Assembly: GCA_963677485.1 (NCBI GenBank)
Contig: OY781964.1
Location: forward strand, 5,156,041-5,220,040
DNA from: Armatimonadota bacterium
GTDB taxonomy: Bacteria > Armatimonadota > HRBIN16
DNA: 64,000 nucleotides
Reading direction: 5' to 3'
Shown here: piece after piece, positions 21,002 to 31,980 of the stretch
Layout: each line of letters opens with the position of its first letter
Position numbering within the stretch: position 1 is the first letter of the stretch
Notes under the pieces: model-generated
What the model was told of the DNA's origin: nothing
The model's database searches: none
Seen by the model: only the letters and a program-made list of their open reading frames with translations
Translations under genes and position numbers: made by a program

Positions 21002-23830
21002 TTACAGCTTGGCAGATATCTTGAACTGTATCTCCTGCTGCTCTGGCGGTGTGTTAGGCGGTAATGTGCCGTTATACTTGCTCATCACTGCATCCAGTTG
21101 CATCACGGTGCTCTTGCTGATCGGAGTTTTGAACACCAGCTTGTATGTAGACTGGTTGTTGGTGTACTGTCCGGCAGCCTCAAGCAGATTGTATCCGCCA
21201 TTGAGTACTGAGTCCTTAGGAAGCCTCATCTCAAACCCTAATCCGGTGCTTCGGCTCATCACTAAGGTCTGAACGTTCTTATTCAGCCCGTAGCTGCCAG
21301 TCAACAGAATCGAGTCCAGGTCAGCACTCAGCTTCGCCTCAGCGGTCTCTGTCAGTAGAATCTTCCCCGCCGCATCCTCAGGATAGTGGATGTATGATCC
21401 GCTAAACACCAGAGCGCGTCCAGCCGCCAGTTTGAGCGTCAAGTTCAACGTGTCTGGCAGATCCTGCCCGGTGGCTTTCCGCATCTTCTGGTATCCTGAG
21501 AACTCCACACCAGGCATTGGTGTCATACTCGCCTTCATGAGTTGCGTCGTCGTATATACGGCGTTGGCACCGACAGTTTGCACGCTGCTGGAAAGGTTCA
21601 GGTTCTTCGAAAGTTGCATCGACATGGATGCCGACTGGCTTAGGAAGTTGGCCGTTCCCACCTGCTTGGTGCCGGTCGCTGCCTCAAACTGCATTCCAGT
21701 CGCCGGCTTAAGAACAAAGCCAACCTCTTGACTGATCTCATGAGCGGTCAGATCGCCCGTCTTCTCGGTGTAGGTCGTCTTGAGCCCCAGCGATTTACTG
21801 GGGTCTGACTGCACCTGCATCGAACGGGTGGTCATCGACTTCGCGTTCAATTCATCAAGAATCAAGTCGGTCTTGACGGCAACTTTCTCACCAGGCTTGG
21901 TGCTGAGTTGCAGTGATGTTTTCACTGAGTTATTATCAAGGTCGTTGCGAGTTTGGTAGTCGTCTACCTTGCTCTCACGGAAGGTACTTGCGGTCGCATG
22001 TTTACCAAGGTCAAACACGCCAGTCAGCTTCAGGTTATTTGAATTGCTGATTCCTGTATCCCAGGCTTCGCGTGACACCATCAATTGTTCAGCACCGATG
22101 GAGCCGAACTTATTGCTCACATTGTACCGGGCCAATGTGGTCATCGCTTGAAGCACATCACTGTCCTGCATCACCTGTTGCAGATAGGCGTTCTGGTCTT
22201 TACCACTCCAGGTGACGTTGGCCTGGTTAGTCATCATTCTGATGGCACCATCGTCATTGATACTGTGAATCAAGCCGTAGGCCGTATTCTTACCATTCAG
22301 AGCGTATGCCACGTTACGTGTCTCAAGACTGAGCCCGTTCTTGTCGATGATCGACTCCAGGATATCAAGCTTACTGTTCTTCGCTGTATACCCGAAGATA
22401 CTGGTGCGTGCATCGGTACGGACTGCGCCGTCATCTACCACCGTATTGATTAACTGCATGGATGTATTTTTGAAATTCATGGCCAATTGGCCACGAGAGT
22501 TCTCAAGTTCTACACCATTCTTGTCAGTCATAGTGGTGGCATAATCGAACTGACCATTCTTCAGCTTGTGCGCAAAGTTCGCAGTCTTCACATCGGTCGT
22601 GTTCGGTCCGTCATCCACATAGTTCTGGCCCAGTGACAGGTCGGAATTGAACAAGTGCATGTTAAGAGACGACACGGTGTTCTCCAGCCTCGTTCCGTTC
22701 TTATCAGTCATCGTCGAGGCGTAATTTAACGCACCAAGCGAGAACTTCTGAGCAAGTTTCATGATGTTGGTGTCAACGTTCGTCTTGCCATCGTTCGCGA
22801 CGATGTTGTTGAAGCTAAGGTCTGTGTCCTTAACCTTGTAACCCAGCAGAGCGTTGGTGCTTTCCGTGACTAAACCTGAGGTATTACTACCCTGTGTAGA
22901 GGTGTAAGCCATCGAAGTGCTCTTGCCCTTCAGGTTCAACACGGTTTGATCAGTTGTCAGTGTGTTAGCACCGTCCTGAGCCTCCGTGCGGTTGAACCCC
23001 ATGGCCACAGTCTGGTTAGGATTGAACGCCAAACCGAAGTTGCGGGTTTCCTTATCGGCTCCCCCGCTCTGATCCTGCGTTAAGCCAAGTACCGCACTCA
23101 CAGCGGAAGTTGGAGTCAACTTCATGGCCAGTTTACGAACATCGGTACCGTCCGCTACACCAAACATCGAACTGGACTTGAACTGGCTGCCGGTTTGCAG
23201 AAGCTCACCAGAGACTTCAGCAAAACCCACCTTGAAGCCACTTGAGAGCTTCATGGCAGTGGTATCGCCGGTCTTGTTGCTGTCCGAGCCTGCGCTCAAC
23301 ACAGTTCCTTTGAAGTTAAAGCCGTTCGCGCCGTTCAGTTCTGTCGCCACACCAAGCGCACCATACCCGATAGCATTCGCTCCACCCTTACTGGTGAAGT
23401 TACCAACCAGGTTCAGCTTGCCGCTGCGCCCCTGTGTGATGAGCTGCTCCACAGGCACACTGATCGTTCCGTCATTCTTGGCGGCACCGGGTGCCATATC
23501 ATAACTGACTGTCGCATTTTCATTGGTGGATATGGGGCGCATAAACGCCAGCATACCAGTGCTGCAGTCAATCTTGTAGTCAATATCGCGCAAGAGGCGT
23601 TGCCCGCTTAAGGTCACCATCTCAGTTTTTTCTGTGATAGGTTTATACGAAAGCGCGTACGGGCCCGACGAGTTGCGTCCGGGAACCCGGTCAACTATTC
23701 GAGAACTGCCAGTAGCCATCGTCATCTTCATCAATTCATCTGCACTAGACTGTGCAAATGCGCACACGGACAACACTCCCATAAGAGCGGTCAGTGCTAG
23801 TGTTGATGCTACTCGAATCCGTACATTCAT
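21002..23830 (-). CDS. Large secreted protein, probable giant beta-barrel with 60-aa internal repeats and a SprA-like N-terminal motif
   Basis: Signal peptide; EMVTLSGQRLLRDIDYKIDCSTGMLAF; alternating beta-strand pattern; DKNG/DDG turns at 30/60-aa periodicity; C-terminal FKISAKL. Confidence 0.55.
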   Translation of the reverse strand: MNVRIRVASTLALTALMGVLSVCAFAQSSADELMKMTMATGSSRIVDRVPGRNSSGPYALSYKPITEKTEMVTLSGQRLLRDIDYKIDCSTGMLAFMRPISTNENATVSYDMAPGAAKNDGTISVPVEQLITQGRSGKLNLVGNFTSKGGANAIGYGALGVATELNGANGFNFKGTVLSAGSDSNKTGDTTAMKLSSGFKVGFAEVSGELLQTGSQFKSSSMFGVADGTDVRKLAMKLTPTSAVSAVLGLTQDQSGGADKETRNFGLAFNPNQTVAMGFNRTEAQDGANTLTTDQTVLNLKGKSTSMAYTSTQGSNTSGLVTESTNALLGYKVKDTDLSFNNIVANDGKTNVDTNIMKLAQKFSLGALNYASTMTDKNGTRLENTVSSLNMHLFNSDLSLGQNYVDDGPNTTDVKTANFAHKLKNGQFDYATTMTDKNGVELENSRGQLAMNFKNTSMQLINTVVDDGAVRTDARTSIFGYTAKNSKLDILESIIDKNGLSLETRNVAYALNGKNTAYGLIHSINDDGAIRMMTNQANVTWSGKDQNAYLQQVMQDSDVLQAMTTLARYNVSNKFGSIGAEQLMVSREAWDTGISNSNNLKLTGVFDLGKHATASTFRESKVDDYQTRNDLDNNSVKTSLQLSTKPGEKVAVKTDLILDELNAKSMTTRSMQVQSDPSKSLGLKTTYTEKTGDLTAHEISQEVGFVLKPATGMQFEAATGTKQVGTANFLSQSASMSMQLSKNLNLSSSVQTVGANAVYTTTQLMKASMTPMPGVEFSGYQKMRKATGQDLPDTLNLTLKLAAGRALVFSGSYIHYPEDAAGKILLTETAEAKLSADLDSILLTGSYGLNKNVQTLVMSRSTGLGFEMRLPKDSVLNGGYNLLEAAGQYTNNQSTYKLVFKTPISKSTVMQLDAVMSKYNGTLPPNTPPEQQEIQFKISAKL

Positions 23831-24103
23831 GGTGAATCACCTCTCGACACTTACATTATATATTGTGCAATGCACAAATGTGTCGAAAAACACAGTAAAT
23901 ATCAGTGAATTTCTTCACTATTTTTACTGCTACACTCACTAGACGAACTGAGCACGAAAAAGTTACCAAATAACAAGGATATTTGTAAATCGCTGCGGAT
24001 GCCGCGGTTGCGTGACAGGCGGTTTCGAACAATACTATATTGGTAGCCTTGATCCATATCATAGTACCTCTTGACAGCCCATATTTGCTCCAGGAGACTT
24101 AAT

Positions 24104-25603
24104 ATGCCTTCGATATTTCAGAAAAAGCCGCTCTCGGTATTGCTTCAAGAAGCTAATGACGAGAAGCGACTACGAAGAGTATTGGGCCCATGGTCGCTCA
24201 CTGCCCTTGGCATTGGCTGCATCATAGGTGCCGGTATCTTCGTTGTGACCGGAATGGTGGCCAGGGACATCACAGGGCCAGCCCTCATCGCCTCCTTTCT
24301 CGTCGCCGGCCTCGCCTGCGTGTTTGCCGCTATGTGCTGTGCCGAATTTGCATCACTTGCACCAGTCGCTGGCTCTGCCTACACCTATGCCTACGCCTCT
24401 CTTGGTGAAATATGGGCTTGGATTATCGGCTGGGACCTGGTGCTTGAATACAGCGTGGCCGCGGCTTCTGTCGCAAACGCCTGGTCAGGTCACGTCCATG
24501 ACCTGATGGCCATCGCCGGTTTGAAACTGCCTCAAGTGTTGATGAATACCCCATTCGCGGTTGATCCTTCCACTGGACACCTGGTATCAACTGGGTGCTG
24601 GCTTGATATTCTAGCGTTGGGCATCACACTCGCTCTCAGCGTGATCCTTGTGCTGGGCATTAAAGAAAGTGCCCGGTTTAATGGCTTGATGGTGTTTATC
24701 AAGGTGGCTGTGGTGCTGTTTGTCATCATAGCTGGTATTCCCTACATCAACCCAGAGAACTGGAAGCCATTTGCCCCATTTGGCTGGGGCGGCATCTCCA
24801 TATTTGGCAAGCTGGTGTGGGGGCAGGTATCGACGCATGGATCACCGGTAGGCATGATGGCGGGTGCGGCGGTATTGTTCTTTGCGTTCATCGGATTTGA
24901 CTCGGTATCAACCCATGCGGAGGAAGCCCGTAACCCACAACGTGACGTCCCCATCGGCATCATCACCTCACTGGTAGTGGCCACCCTGCTGTATGTGGGT
25001 GTAGCGGCGGTGCTTACCGGCATCGTGCCGCATGATCAGATACCGGAAAAAGCGGCGATAGCCGCCATATTTGCGTCCAAAGGCCTCCCCTGGGCACGCG
25101 TTCTGGTGGATATCGGTGCCGTGGTTGGAATCACATCCGTGTTGATGGTGCTATTGCTCAGCCAGCCGCGCGTCTTGTTCGCCATGGCACGCGATGGGCT
25201 GCTTCCCCAGGGCTTCTTTGGGGCTGTCCACAGCAGATTCCGCACCCCTTACAAATCCACCATTTTGACTGCCATCGTGGTGGGCATCATGAGCAGTGTG
25301 ATACCTCTTAAGATACTATCGGAGCTGGTCAATATCGGCACCCTGCTGGCGTTCGTCATCGTGTGTGTATCTATACCCGTCATGCGTTACACACATCCTG
25401 ATGCGAAGCGGGCTTTCCGCGTTCCAGGTTCGCCTGTGATACCCATTTTGGGTGTCCTAACCTGCCTGGTGCTGATGTTCTCTCTACAGGCAGGCAACTG
25501 GTATCGCCTGATCATATGGCTGATCATCGGTATGGTTGTCTACTTCACCTACGGACGTAAACACAGCCATATGAATAAGACATCCGTTCCTCTAGAGGAC
25601 TGA
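24104..25603 (+). CDS. APC-family amino acid permease
   Basis: GIGCIIGAGIF, AGSAYTYAY, FFAFIGFD, EEARNP; AGGAG RBS before ATG 24104. Confidence 0.94.
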   Translation: MPSIFQKKPLSVLLQEANDEKRLRRVLGPWSLTALGIGCIIGAGIFVVTGMVARDITGPALIASFLVAGLACVFAAMCCAEFASLAPVAGSAYTYAYASLGEIWAWIIGWDLVLEYSVAAASVANAWSGHVHDLMAIAGLKLPQVLMNTPFAVDPSTGHLVSTGCWLDILALGITLALSVILVLGIKESARFNGLMVFIKVAVVLFVIIAGIPYINPENWKPFAPFGWGGISIFGKLVWGQVSTHGSPVGMMAGAAVLFFAFIGFDSVSTHAEEARNPQRDVPIGIITSLVVATLLYVGVAAVLTGIVPHDQIPEKAAIAAIFASKGLPWARVLVDIGAVVGITSVLMVLLLSQPRVLFAMARDGLLPQGFFGAVHSRFRTPYKSTILTAIVVGIMSSVIPLKILSELVNIGTLLAFVIVCVSIPVMRYTHPDAKRAFRVPGSPVIPILGVLTCLVLMFSLQAGNWYRLIIWLIIGMVVYFTYGRKHSHMNKTSVPLED

Positions 25604-25707
25604 TATTATCTACGTAAAATGAGGCGATGAAGACAACCTGTCGCCTCTTTTGATAGGATAGTGATAGGCCGCATCATGTTATACGCAGCTATGGGAGAAT
25701 ACAGTTT

Positions 25708-26712
25708 TTGAGTTCCACCATCATTAAGGTTACCGATCTCAAGAAGGAATTTATCATCAACAAACGGGAACCAGGCGTTGCTGCGGCCCTAAAAAGCCTA
25801 GTCAGCCGCGAGAAGACCAGCGTTGAGGCCGTGAAAGGTGTGTCGTTTAGTATAGAGGAAGGCGAATTGGTGGGGTTTCTGGGGCCCAACGGAGCCGGTA
25901 AGACGACCACTCTGAAGATGCTGTCAGGTATCCTGCACCCTTCATCGGGCCAAGCGACGGTGATGGGTTACACACCATGGCATCGCAATTCCAACTATCT
26001 TCGGCAGATGTCGATTGTGATGGGTCAGAAGATGCAGTTGTGGTGGGATTTGCCTGCATGGGAAAGCCTGCAGCTTCTCAGAACAGTCTATGATGTGGGT
26101 GATGGATTCGAGAAGCGTGTGGCTGACTTAGCCGATATGCTGGATATCACGCAAGTGCTGCACACACAGGTGCGCCGGTTGAGCCTGGGCGAGCGTATGA
26201 AATGCGAGTTGCTGGCGGCACTGCTCCATAGTCCGAAAGTGCTGTTCCTTGATGAACCGACTATTGGTCTTGATGTGGTGTCTCAAAAACGCATCCGGGA
26301 TTTCCTAAAACACTACAACACCGAAACAAAATCCACCATCATTTTAACTTCACATTACATGCAGGATGTTCAAGAACTCTGCGAACGGGTCGTCATCATC
26401 GACCACGGTCAGATCGTGTTTGATGACAAACTTCAAGAACTGGTGGACCGGCACGGACAGACGCGTCTCCTGACACTGACTTTCACCAAACCTGTGGAAC
26501 TGGCGGATTTGCAACCTTATGGCCAGATCAAAAGCTACGATGGTGTCCGGGTCACCATCGAAACACAGCGTGCTGAGACCACACGGATCGCCGCAGCCGC
26601 ACTGAACAGCTTGCCCATCGCCGACATACTGATTGACGAAGAAGAGATTGAAGACATCATCCGCGATCTCTTCTTATCAACAGCCGACAGCACGGAAACA
26701 AACCAAGCTTAA
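25708..26712 (+). CDS. ABC transporter ATP-binding protein (ABC-2/NatA-like)
   Basis: GPNGAGKTT, LSLGERMK, LDEPTIGLD, TSH. Confidence 0.93.
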   Translation: MSSTIIKVTDLKKEFIINKREPGVAAALKSLVSREKTSVEAVKGVSFSIEEGELVGFLGPNGAGKTTTLKMLSGILHPSSGQATVMGYTPWHRNSNYLRQMSIVMGQKMQLWWDLPAWESLQLLRTVYDVGDGFEKRVADLADMLDITQVLHTQVRRLSLGERMKCELLAALLHSPKVLFLDEPTIGLDVVSQKRIRDFLKHYNTETKSTIILTSHYMQDVQELCERVVIIDHGQIVFDDKLQELVDRHGQTRLLTLTFTKPVELADLQPYGQIKSYDGVRVTIETQRAETTRIAAAALNSLPIADILIDEEEIEDIIRDLFLSTADSTETNQA

Positions 26713-26758
26713 CCGACAGTATATCTTAAGGCCGATCTATAAAGGAGACACCAGCATA

Positions 26759-27685
26759 ATGAGTATGAAACCAGTCAAAGTTGTCGTCGTGGGAAGTGCG
26801 AACATCGATATGGTTGCGATCGGACAGCGTATTCCACAACCTGGCGAGACGCTTTTCGCTGAGAGCTTCATTAGTGTTCCCGGAGGTAAGGGTGCTAACC
26901 AGGCGGTCGCTGCCGCTCGATTGGGTGCAGACGTCAGTTTTGTAGCGTGCGTGGGCCAGGACAGCTTCGGTGACGAGGCCATCAAGGGATATCAGGCGGA
27001 GAACATCGATTCAGACTCCATCGAGCAGCATCCATCGGCCCATACGGGTATCGCCTTAATCAATGTCGATGCTGACGGACGCAACTCCATCATGGTAGCC
27101 CCTGGTGCCAACGAACACCTTTCGGTGGAGCTGGTAGAACGCTATGAGCAGCTCATCTCTGAAGCTGATATTCTGGTGCTCCAACTTGAGATACCAGTCG
27201 AATCGGTCAGACAATGCCTTCAACTAGCCCAAAAGCACTCCACCCCCGTGTTGTTGAACCCAGCACCTGTAAAGCCGGTGGACATGGAGCTGCTCTCCAT
27301 GGCTAGCGTGTTGACCCCTAACGAATTTGAGCTTCTTGAGCTGTTACATGCCAGCGAGTCCACGACAGAAGAAGTTGCTGCGAAGCGGATGCATGAGCTT
27401 ACCAAGGCGACTATCGTGGTGACCTTGGGCAAACGCGGCGTTCTTTTGTGCGATCAGGCTGGACTGAAGCCAATGACAGCGCGTATAGTAAACGCTGTGG
27501 ACAGCACGGGAGCAGGAGACTGTTTCAGTGGTGCATTAGCTGTTAAACTAGCAGAGGGAGCGTCTCTGCCGGTCGCAGTGTCATTTGCGCAAGCCGCAGC
27601 CGCTCTATCGGTCACGCGTTTAGGTGCTCAAGCCAGTATGCCTACGCGTGAGGAAGTAGATGCATTCATAGCAGAGGCATCTTGA
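26759..27685 (+). CDS. rbsK: Ribokinase (PfkB family)
   Basis: GGKGANQAVAAARLG, LLNPAP, DSTGAGDCF; AGGAG RBS before ATG 26759. Confidence 0.9.
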   Translation: MSMKPVKVVVVGSANIDMVAIGQRIPQPGETLFAESFISVPGGKGANQAVAAARLGADVSFVACVGQDSFGDEAIKGYQAENIDSDSIEQHPSAHTGIALINVDADGRNSIMVAPGANEHLSVELVERYEQLISEADILVLQLEIPVESVRQCLQLAQKHSTPVLLNPAPVKPVDMELLSMASVLTPNEFELLELLHASESTTEEVAAKRMHELTKATIVVTLGKRGVLLCDQAGLKPMTARIVNAVDSTGAGDCFSGALAVKLAEGASLPVAVSFAQAAAALSVTRLGAQASMPTREEVDAFIAEAS

Positions 27686-27727
27686 CCAGGTATTATCAAT
27701 ACACCTAAACATAAGGGAAGGAAAATC

Positions 27728-28666
27728 ATGACCATCAGGTTTACTACCATCGCTACCGGACTCACCCTGATCGCAGTTTCTGCAATCAGCGTTGCAGCTT
27801 TTTCTGCTCCTGCAGCCAAGGCTAAAGCTCCTGCTAATGCGGCCGCATCCGTGAATGGTGCCATCATCACCAAGGCTGAGGTGTCTAAGGCTACTCAGGA
27901 TTGGCGATCAGGCCAGGTTCTAGATGAGCTGATCCGCTTCCGTATGATCGATCAAGCGGCCAAAAAAGCGAAGGTCGTTGTGACCGATCAAGAGATCAAG
28001 ACACGCCTGGCTGCCATCAAAACCAATATCAAGCAGCAGGTTCCCCCAGGTCAGTCCGTGGCCTCCTTCATGGTCACAAATGGCCTGACCGATGGGTATC
28101 TGGCAATGGGCGTAAAGTTCGAACTTCAGCTCAACAAACTTGCTACCCAGGGCATGGATTTCAAAAAGTATGTGCGCGCCAGCCATATTTTGATCAAGCC
28201 TGCGGAAGTGGTCAAAGCTGAAGTAACCCCTCAGATGACAGAAGACGCTGCAGCAAAGAAATACCAGGAAGACCTGGCTAAAGCATCTGACGATGCCCAA
28301 CAGAAGGCCAAAACATTGATGGACGCCATCAAAGCAGGACGCAGCTTTGAAGAGGCAGCCAAGGCTGAAGGCACCGACGGCACAAAAGACAAGGGCGGCG
28401 ACCTCAACTGGTTCGCCAAGGGCCAGATGGTTCCCGAATTCGAGACCGCTTGTTTTGCACCTGGTCTGAAGGTTGGCGATCTGATCGGCCCCATCAAGAC
28501 CAGTTTTGGTTGGCACTTAATCAAGATCACCGGCATTGGCAAAGATATGAGCAAAGCCGACCAGGCTGCTCTCAGTACCCAGGAATCGAAACAGCGCATC
28601 CCTGCCATTATGCAGCAGTTGGAAGGCGCCGCGAAAATCAGCAACTATATGTATCCCAACAAGTAG
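27728..28666 (+). CDS. PrsA/SurA-like parvulin peptidyl-prolyl isomerase
   Basis: Signal peptide, [28 protein letters not shown]. Confidence 0.92.
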   Translation: MTIRFTTIATGLTLIAVSAISVAAFSAPAAKAKAPANAAASVNGAIITKAEVSKATQDWRSGQVLDELIRFRMIDQAAKKAKVVVTDQEIKTRLAAIKTNIKQQVPPGQSVASFMVTNGLTDGYLAMGVKFELQLNKLATQGMDFKKYVRASHILIKPAEVVKAEVTPQMTEDAAAKKYQEDLAKASDDAQQKAKTLMDAIKAGRSFEEAAKAEGTDGTKDKGGDLNWFAKGQMVPEFETACFAPGLKVGDLIGPIKTSFGWHLIKITGIGKDMSKADQAALSTQESKQRIPAIMQQLEGAAKISNYMYPNK

Positions 28667-28686
28667 TTTTCGCTGATATCTCCGTA

Positions 28687-28728
28687 TTTACACTGTGCGA
28701 TGAGCATTTTGCCCTCGCACAGTGTAAA
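28687..28728. terminator. Intergenic stem-loop
   Basis: TTTACACTGTGCGA...TCGCACAGTGTAAA inverted repeat after the PPIase gene. Confidence 0.5.
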
Positions 28729-28776
28729 ATTTGTTTGTAATCCATCGGGATAACACAATATATGGAGGACGCATTG

Positions 28777-29946
28777 ATGAGTAAAAGGCAACTTCGTATT
28801 GGTTTGATTGGCTACCAGTTTATGGGCAAAGCTCACAGCAACGCCTACAGGCAGGTCGCACGCTTCTTCGATGAAAGTCCTGTAGAACCCGTCATGCAGG
28901 TTCTTTGTGGACGCAACGAGGCCAAAGTCACCAACGCCGCTCGCAAGTTCGGCTGGGCAGAGGTCGAAACCGACTTCCGGAAGCTGATCGCCCGTCCAGA
29001 CATAGAAGTCATTGACATCGCTGCGCCAGGAAATATGCATGAAGAAATTGGTGTGGCTGCCGCGCTGGCAGGCAAAATGGTATTGTGCGAAAAGCCGCTG
29101 GGTAACACACTCGGCCAGGCGAAGCGCATGTATAACGCCTCCATAGAAGGCAAGGCGATTACCGCCATTTGCCATAACTACAGATTTGCCCCTGCCATCC
29201 AACTGGCAAAGAAGCTGATTTCAGAGGGCCAACTGGGTGAGATATACCACTTCCGTGGCGTATATCTACAAGACTGGATTGTCGACCCAAAATTCCCGCT
29301 GGTGTGGAGACTTCAGAAGGATATCGCCGGCTCTGGCAGCCATGGCGACCTGAATGCCCACGTGATCGACATGGCAAGGTATCTCGTAGGTGAGATTGCC
29401 GAAGTAACGGGACTACTTAAGACGTTCATCAAGGAGCGCCCCCTGCTGGCTGAAGTGAATGACCGCCTGGGTGGAGCTGCGTCCGACGAGATGGGCGAAG
29501 TCGATGTAGACGATGTATCGATGTTCATGGCTCGGTTTGAGAATGGTGCAGTCGGCACTTTCGAAGCCACACGGTTCGCAACAGGGCACAAGAATTACAA
29601 CAGATTTGAGATCAACGGCTCAAAAGGCAGCGTGATCTTCAACCTTGAGCGCATGAACGAGCTTGAGGTATACATCAATAGCGATGCCCCGGAGATCAAG
29701 GGCTTCCGTAACGTGCAAGTCACTGATGGGTGTCACCCGTATACGGCCAACTGGTGGCCCGCAGGGCATATCATTGGCTACGAACACACTTTCATACACC
29801 TGGTCTACGAGATGCTGCAGGCCTTCAACCGGGGTGAAAGCCTTAACCCCGACTGGTTGGAGGGATTGAAGAACCAGGCTGTGCTTGAGGCAGTCGTCAT
29901 CTCCGCCGATAGCGGACGATGGGTCAGTCCCAGCTCGCTCTTGTAA
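28777..29946 (+). CDS. Gfo/Idh/MocA family oxidoreductase
   Basis: [27 protein letters not shown]. Confidence 0.93.
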   Translation: MSKRQLRIGLIGYQFMGKAHSNAYRQVARFFDESPVEPVMQVLCGRNEAKVTNAARKFGWAEVETDFRKLIARPDIEVIDIAAPGNMHEEIGVAAALAGKMVLCEKPLGNTLGQAKRMYNASIEGKAITAICHNYRFAPAIQLAKKLISEGQLGEIYHFRGVYLQDWIVDPKFPLVWRLQKDIAGSGSHGDLNAHVIDMARYLVGEIAEVTGLLKTFIKERPLLAEVNDRLGGAASDEMGEVDVDDVSMFMARFENGAVGTFEATRFATGHKNYNRFEINGSKGSVIFNLERMNELEVYINSDAPEIKGFRNVQVTDGCHPYTANWWPAGHIIGYEHTFIHLVYEMLQAFNRGESLNPDWLEGLKNQAVLEAVVISADSGRWVSPSSLL

Positions 29947-29955
29947 CTGCTCAAT

Positions 29956-29987
29956 GAGGAGGGCCAAACGGCCCTCCTTCGCATTTT
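29956..29987 (+). terminator. Stem-loop between oxidoreductase and glmS
   Basis: GAGGAGGGCC-AAAC-GGCCCTCCTT followed by a short T run. Confidence 0.5.
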
Positions 29988-30026
29988 CTGACACCAGGCT
30001 CGTACAGCCACAAAGGAGAACATAAT

Positions 30027-31856
30027 ATGTGTGGAATCACAGGATATATAGGCCCGAAGAACGGCATTACCGTTGCGATTGATCAGCTCAAGCGGCTGGA
30101 ATACCGAGGTTACGACTCAGCAGGTGTGGCCTTCCCTGAGGGTGATGGCCTGCGCGTGATTAAGAGCGAAGGCAAGATCGCCCGACTGCAGGAGTTGTTG
30201 ACCGGTGCTGATACCACAGCCTTCGCCGCAGTGGCTCATACTAGATGGGCTACCCATGGCAAGCCCTCGCATGATAATGCCCACCCCCACACGGATTGCA
30301 CCGGAAAACTGGCCGTGGTGCACAACGGCATCATCGAAAACTATCTGGATCTACGCAAGGAACTGCAGCAGAACGGACACGCCTTCAGCAGCGAGACCGA
30401 CACCGAAGTGATCGCTCACCTTCTAGAAGAGGAGTATAAGGGCGACCTGCTGGAAGCACTGCGCAAAGCGATTTGCCGAATTAAGGGCTCCTTCGCCGTC
30501 GCCGCTCTAGCGACTACCTCACCCGACTGCATCGTTGTGGCCAGGAAAGACAGTCCGTTGGTGATCGGTGTTGGCAAGGGCGAGAATTTCATCGCCTCAG
30601 ACATCCCGGCAGTGATGAACTACACCCGTGACGTGATCATCATGGAAGACAACGAGCTAGCTGAGATCACCTGCGCCGGTATCAAGATGATCACCAGCGA
30701 CGGTGTGCCTTTCGAGCGAGTGCCGATGCATGTCACCTGGGATGACGCCGCTGCGGAAAAAGGCGGATACGACCACTTCATGCTGAAGGAGATCCACGAG
30801 GAGCCACGGACCTTACGTGACACGCTTCGCGGACACATCACCGCCGACGGTAACGTAACATTCCCAGAGCTCAACATCACCACCGAGCAGCTCAACAGCT
30901 TTAAGAGAATCATTATTTGCGCGTGCGGCACCGCCTATCACGCAGGAATGGTGGGTAAAATCTTCTTCGAGAAGCTGCTGCGCAGACCCGTCGATACCTG
31001 GTTTGCCTCCGAATTCCGCTATGGTGACCCCATGGTGGATGAGAACACCCTGGCGATCATCATCAGCCAGTCCGGTGAGACGGCAGACACTCTGGCTGCG
31101 CTGCGTGAGTGCAAGAAGCTGGGTGCTACCACCCTCAGCATCGTGAATGTGGTGGGAAGCTCGATAGCCCGTGAGTCGGATCATGTGCTGTATACCTACG
31201 CCGGCCCGGAAATCTGCGTGGCCAGCACCAAAGCTTACATCACCCAGTTGGCGGTGCTCTACCTCATCGGCGTGTACCTGGCCCAGCTTGAAGGGCGTAT
31301 CACTGACGAACTCGCCGCACATTACGTACATGGTATCCAAGCCCTGGACAAGAACGTCGAGGATGTGCTGAAACAAGAGGATGAGATCAAGTTTCTGGCC
31401 GATAAGTTATACAAATCGACCTGTTTCTTCTATCTTGGCCGCGGGTTTGACTTTGCCGTCTCTCTGGAGGCCGCCCTCAAACTTAAGGAGATCAGCTACA
31501 TCCACGCCGAGGCATATGCCGCTGGTGAGATGAAGCACGGACCGTTGGCGCTTGTGGAAGAGGGTGTGACCGTAGTCTGCTTCGCCACTCAGCCCAACAC
31601 CTTCGATAAGATGATCAGCAATGTGAAGGAAGTCAAAGCACGCGATGGTTATGTTCTGGCAATAGGTCATCAGAAGGACTACGACCTGTTATCGCAAGTG
31701 GCCGACTCCGTGTTGGTCATACCTGACTGCCCACCGGAGTTCGCCCCGCTGGTCTCCATCGTGCCGATGCAGATACTGGCCTACTACATCGCCCTGCTGC
31801 GTGGATGCTCGATTGACCAGCCGCGCAACCTGGCAAAGAGCGTGACCGTAGAGTAG
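30027..31856 (+). CDS. glmS: Glutamine--fructose-6-phosphate aminotransferase
   Basis: MCGI N-terminus, LEYRGYDSAG, HTRWATHG, SQSGETADT, PRNLAKSVTVE. Confidence 0.98.
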   Translation: MCGITGYIGPKNGITVAIDQLKRLEYRGYDSAGVAFPEGDGLRVIKSEGKIARLQELLTGADTTAFAAVAHTRWATHGKPSHDNAHPHTDCTGKLAVVHNGIIENYLDLRKELQQNGHAFSSETDTEVIAHLLEEEYKGDLLEALRKAICRIKGSFAVAALATTSPDCIVVARKDSPLVIGVGKGENFIASDIPAVMNYTRDVIIMEDNELAEITCAGIKMITSDGVPFERVPMHVTWDDAAAEKGGYDHFMLKEIHEEPRTLRDTLRGHITADGNVTFPELNITTEQLNSFKRIIICACGTAYHAGMVGKIFFEKLLRRPVDTWFASEFRYGDPMVDENTLAIIISQSGETADTLAALRECKKLGATTLSIVNVVGSSIARESDHVLYTYAGPEICVASTKAYITQLAVLYLIGVYLAQLEGRITDELAAHYVHGIQALDKNVEDVLKQEDEIKFLADKLYKSTCFFYLGRGFDFAVSLEAALKLKEISYIHAEAYAAGEMKHGPLALVEEGVTVVCFATQPNTFDKMISNVKEVKARDGYVLAIGHQKDYDLLSQVADSVLVIPDCPPEFAPLVSIVPMQILAYYIALLRGCSIDQPRNLAKSVTVE

Positions 31857-31883
31857 CATCACGACCTGTTTCAACTACCTATT

Positions 31884-31920
31884 ATCGGTCGGATCACTCA
31901 GATCCGACCGATTTTTTCTT
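31884..31920 (+). terminator. Rho-independent terminator of glmS
   Basis: ATCGGTCGGATC-ACTCA-GATCCGACCGAT followed by a T tract. Confidence 0.85.
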
Positions 31921-31980
31921 ATCCCCTACCTATCGGATATACTAGCCGTAGTATGATTCCTCTCCAATAGAAGGTCAAAT

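Noticed and set aside
29947-30026. glmS ribozyme
   Set aside because: The intergenic gap is only 80 nt and mostly one hairpin; no ribozyme core recognised.
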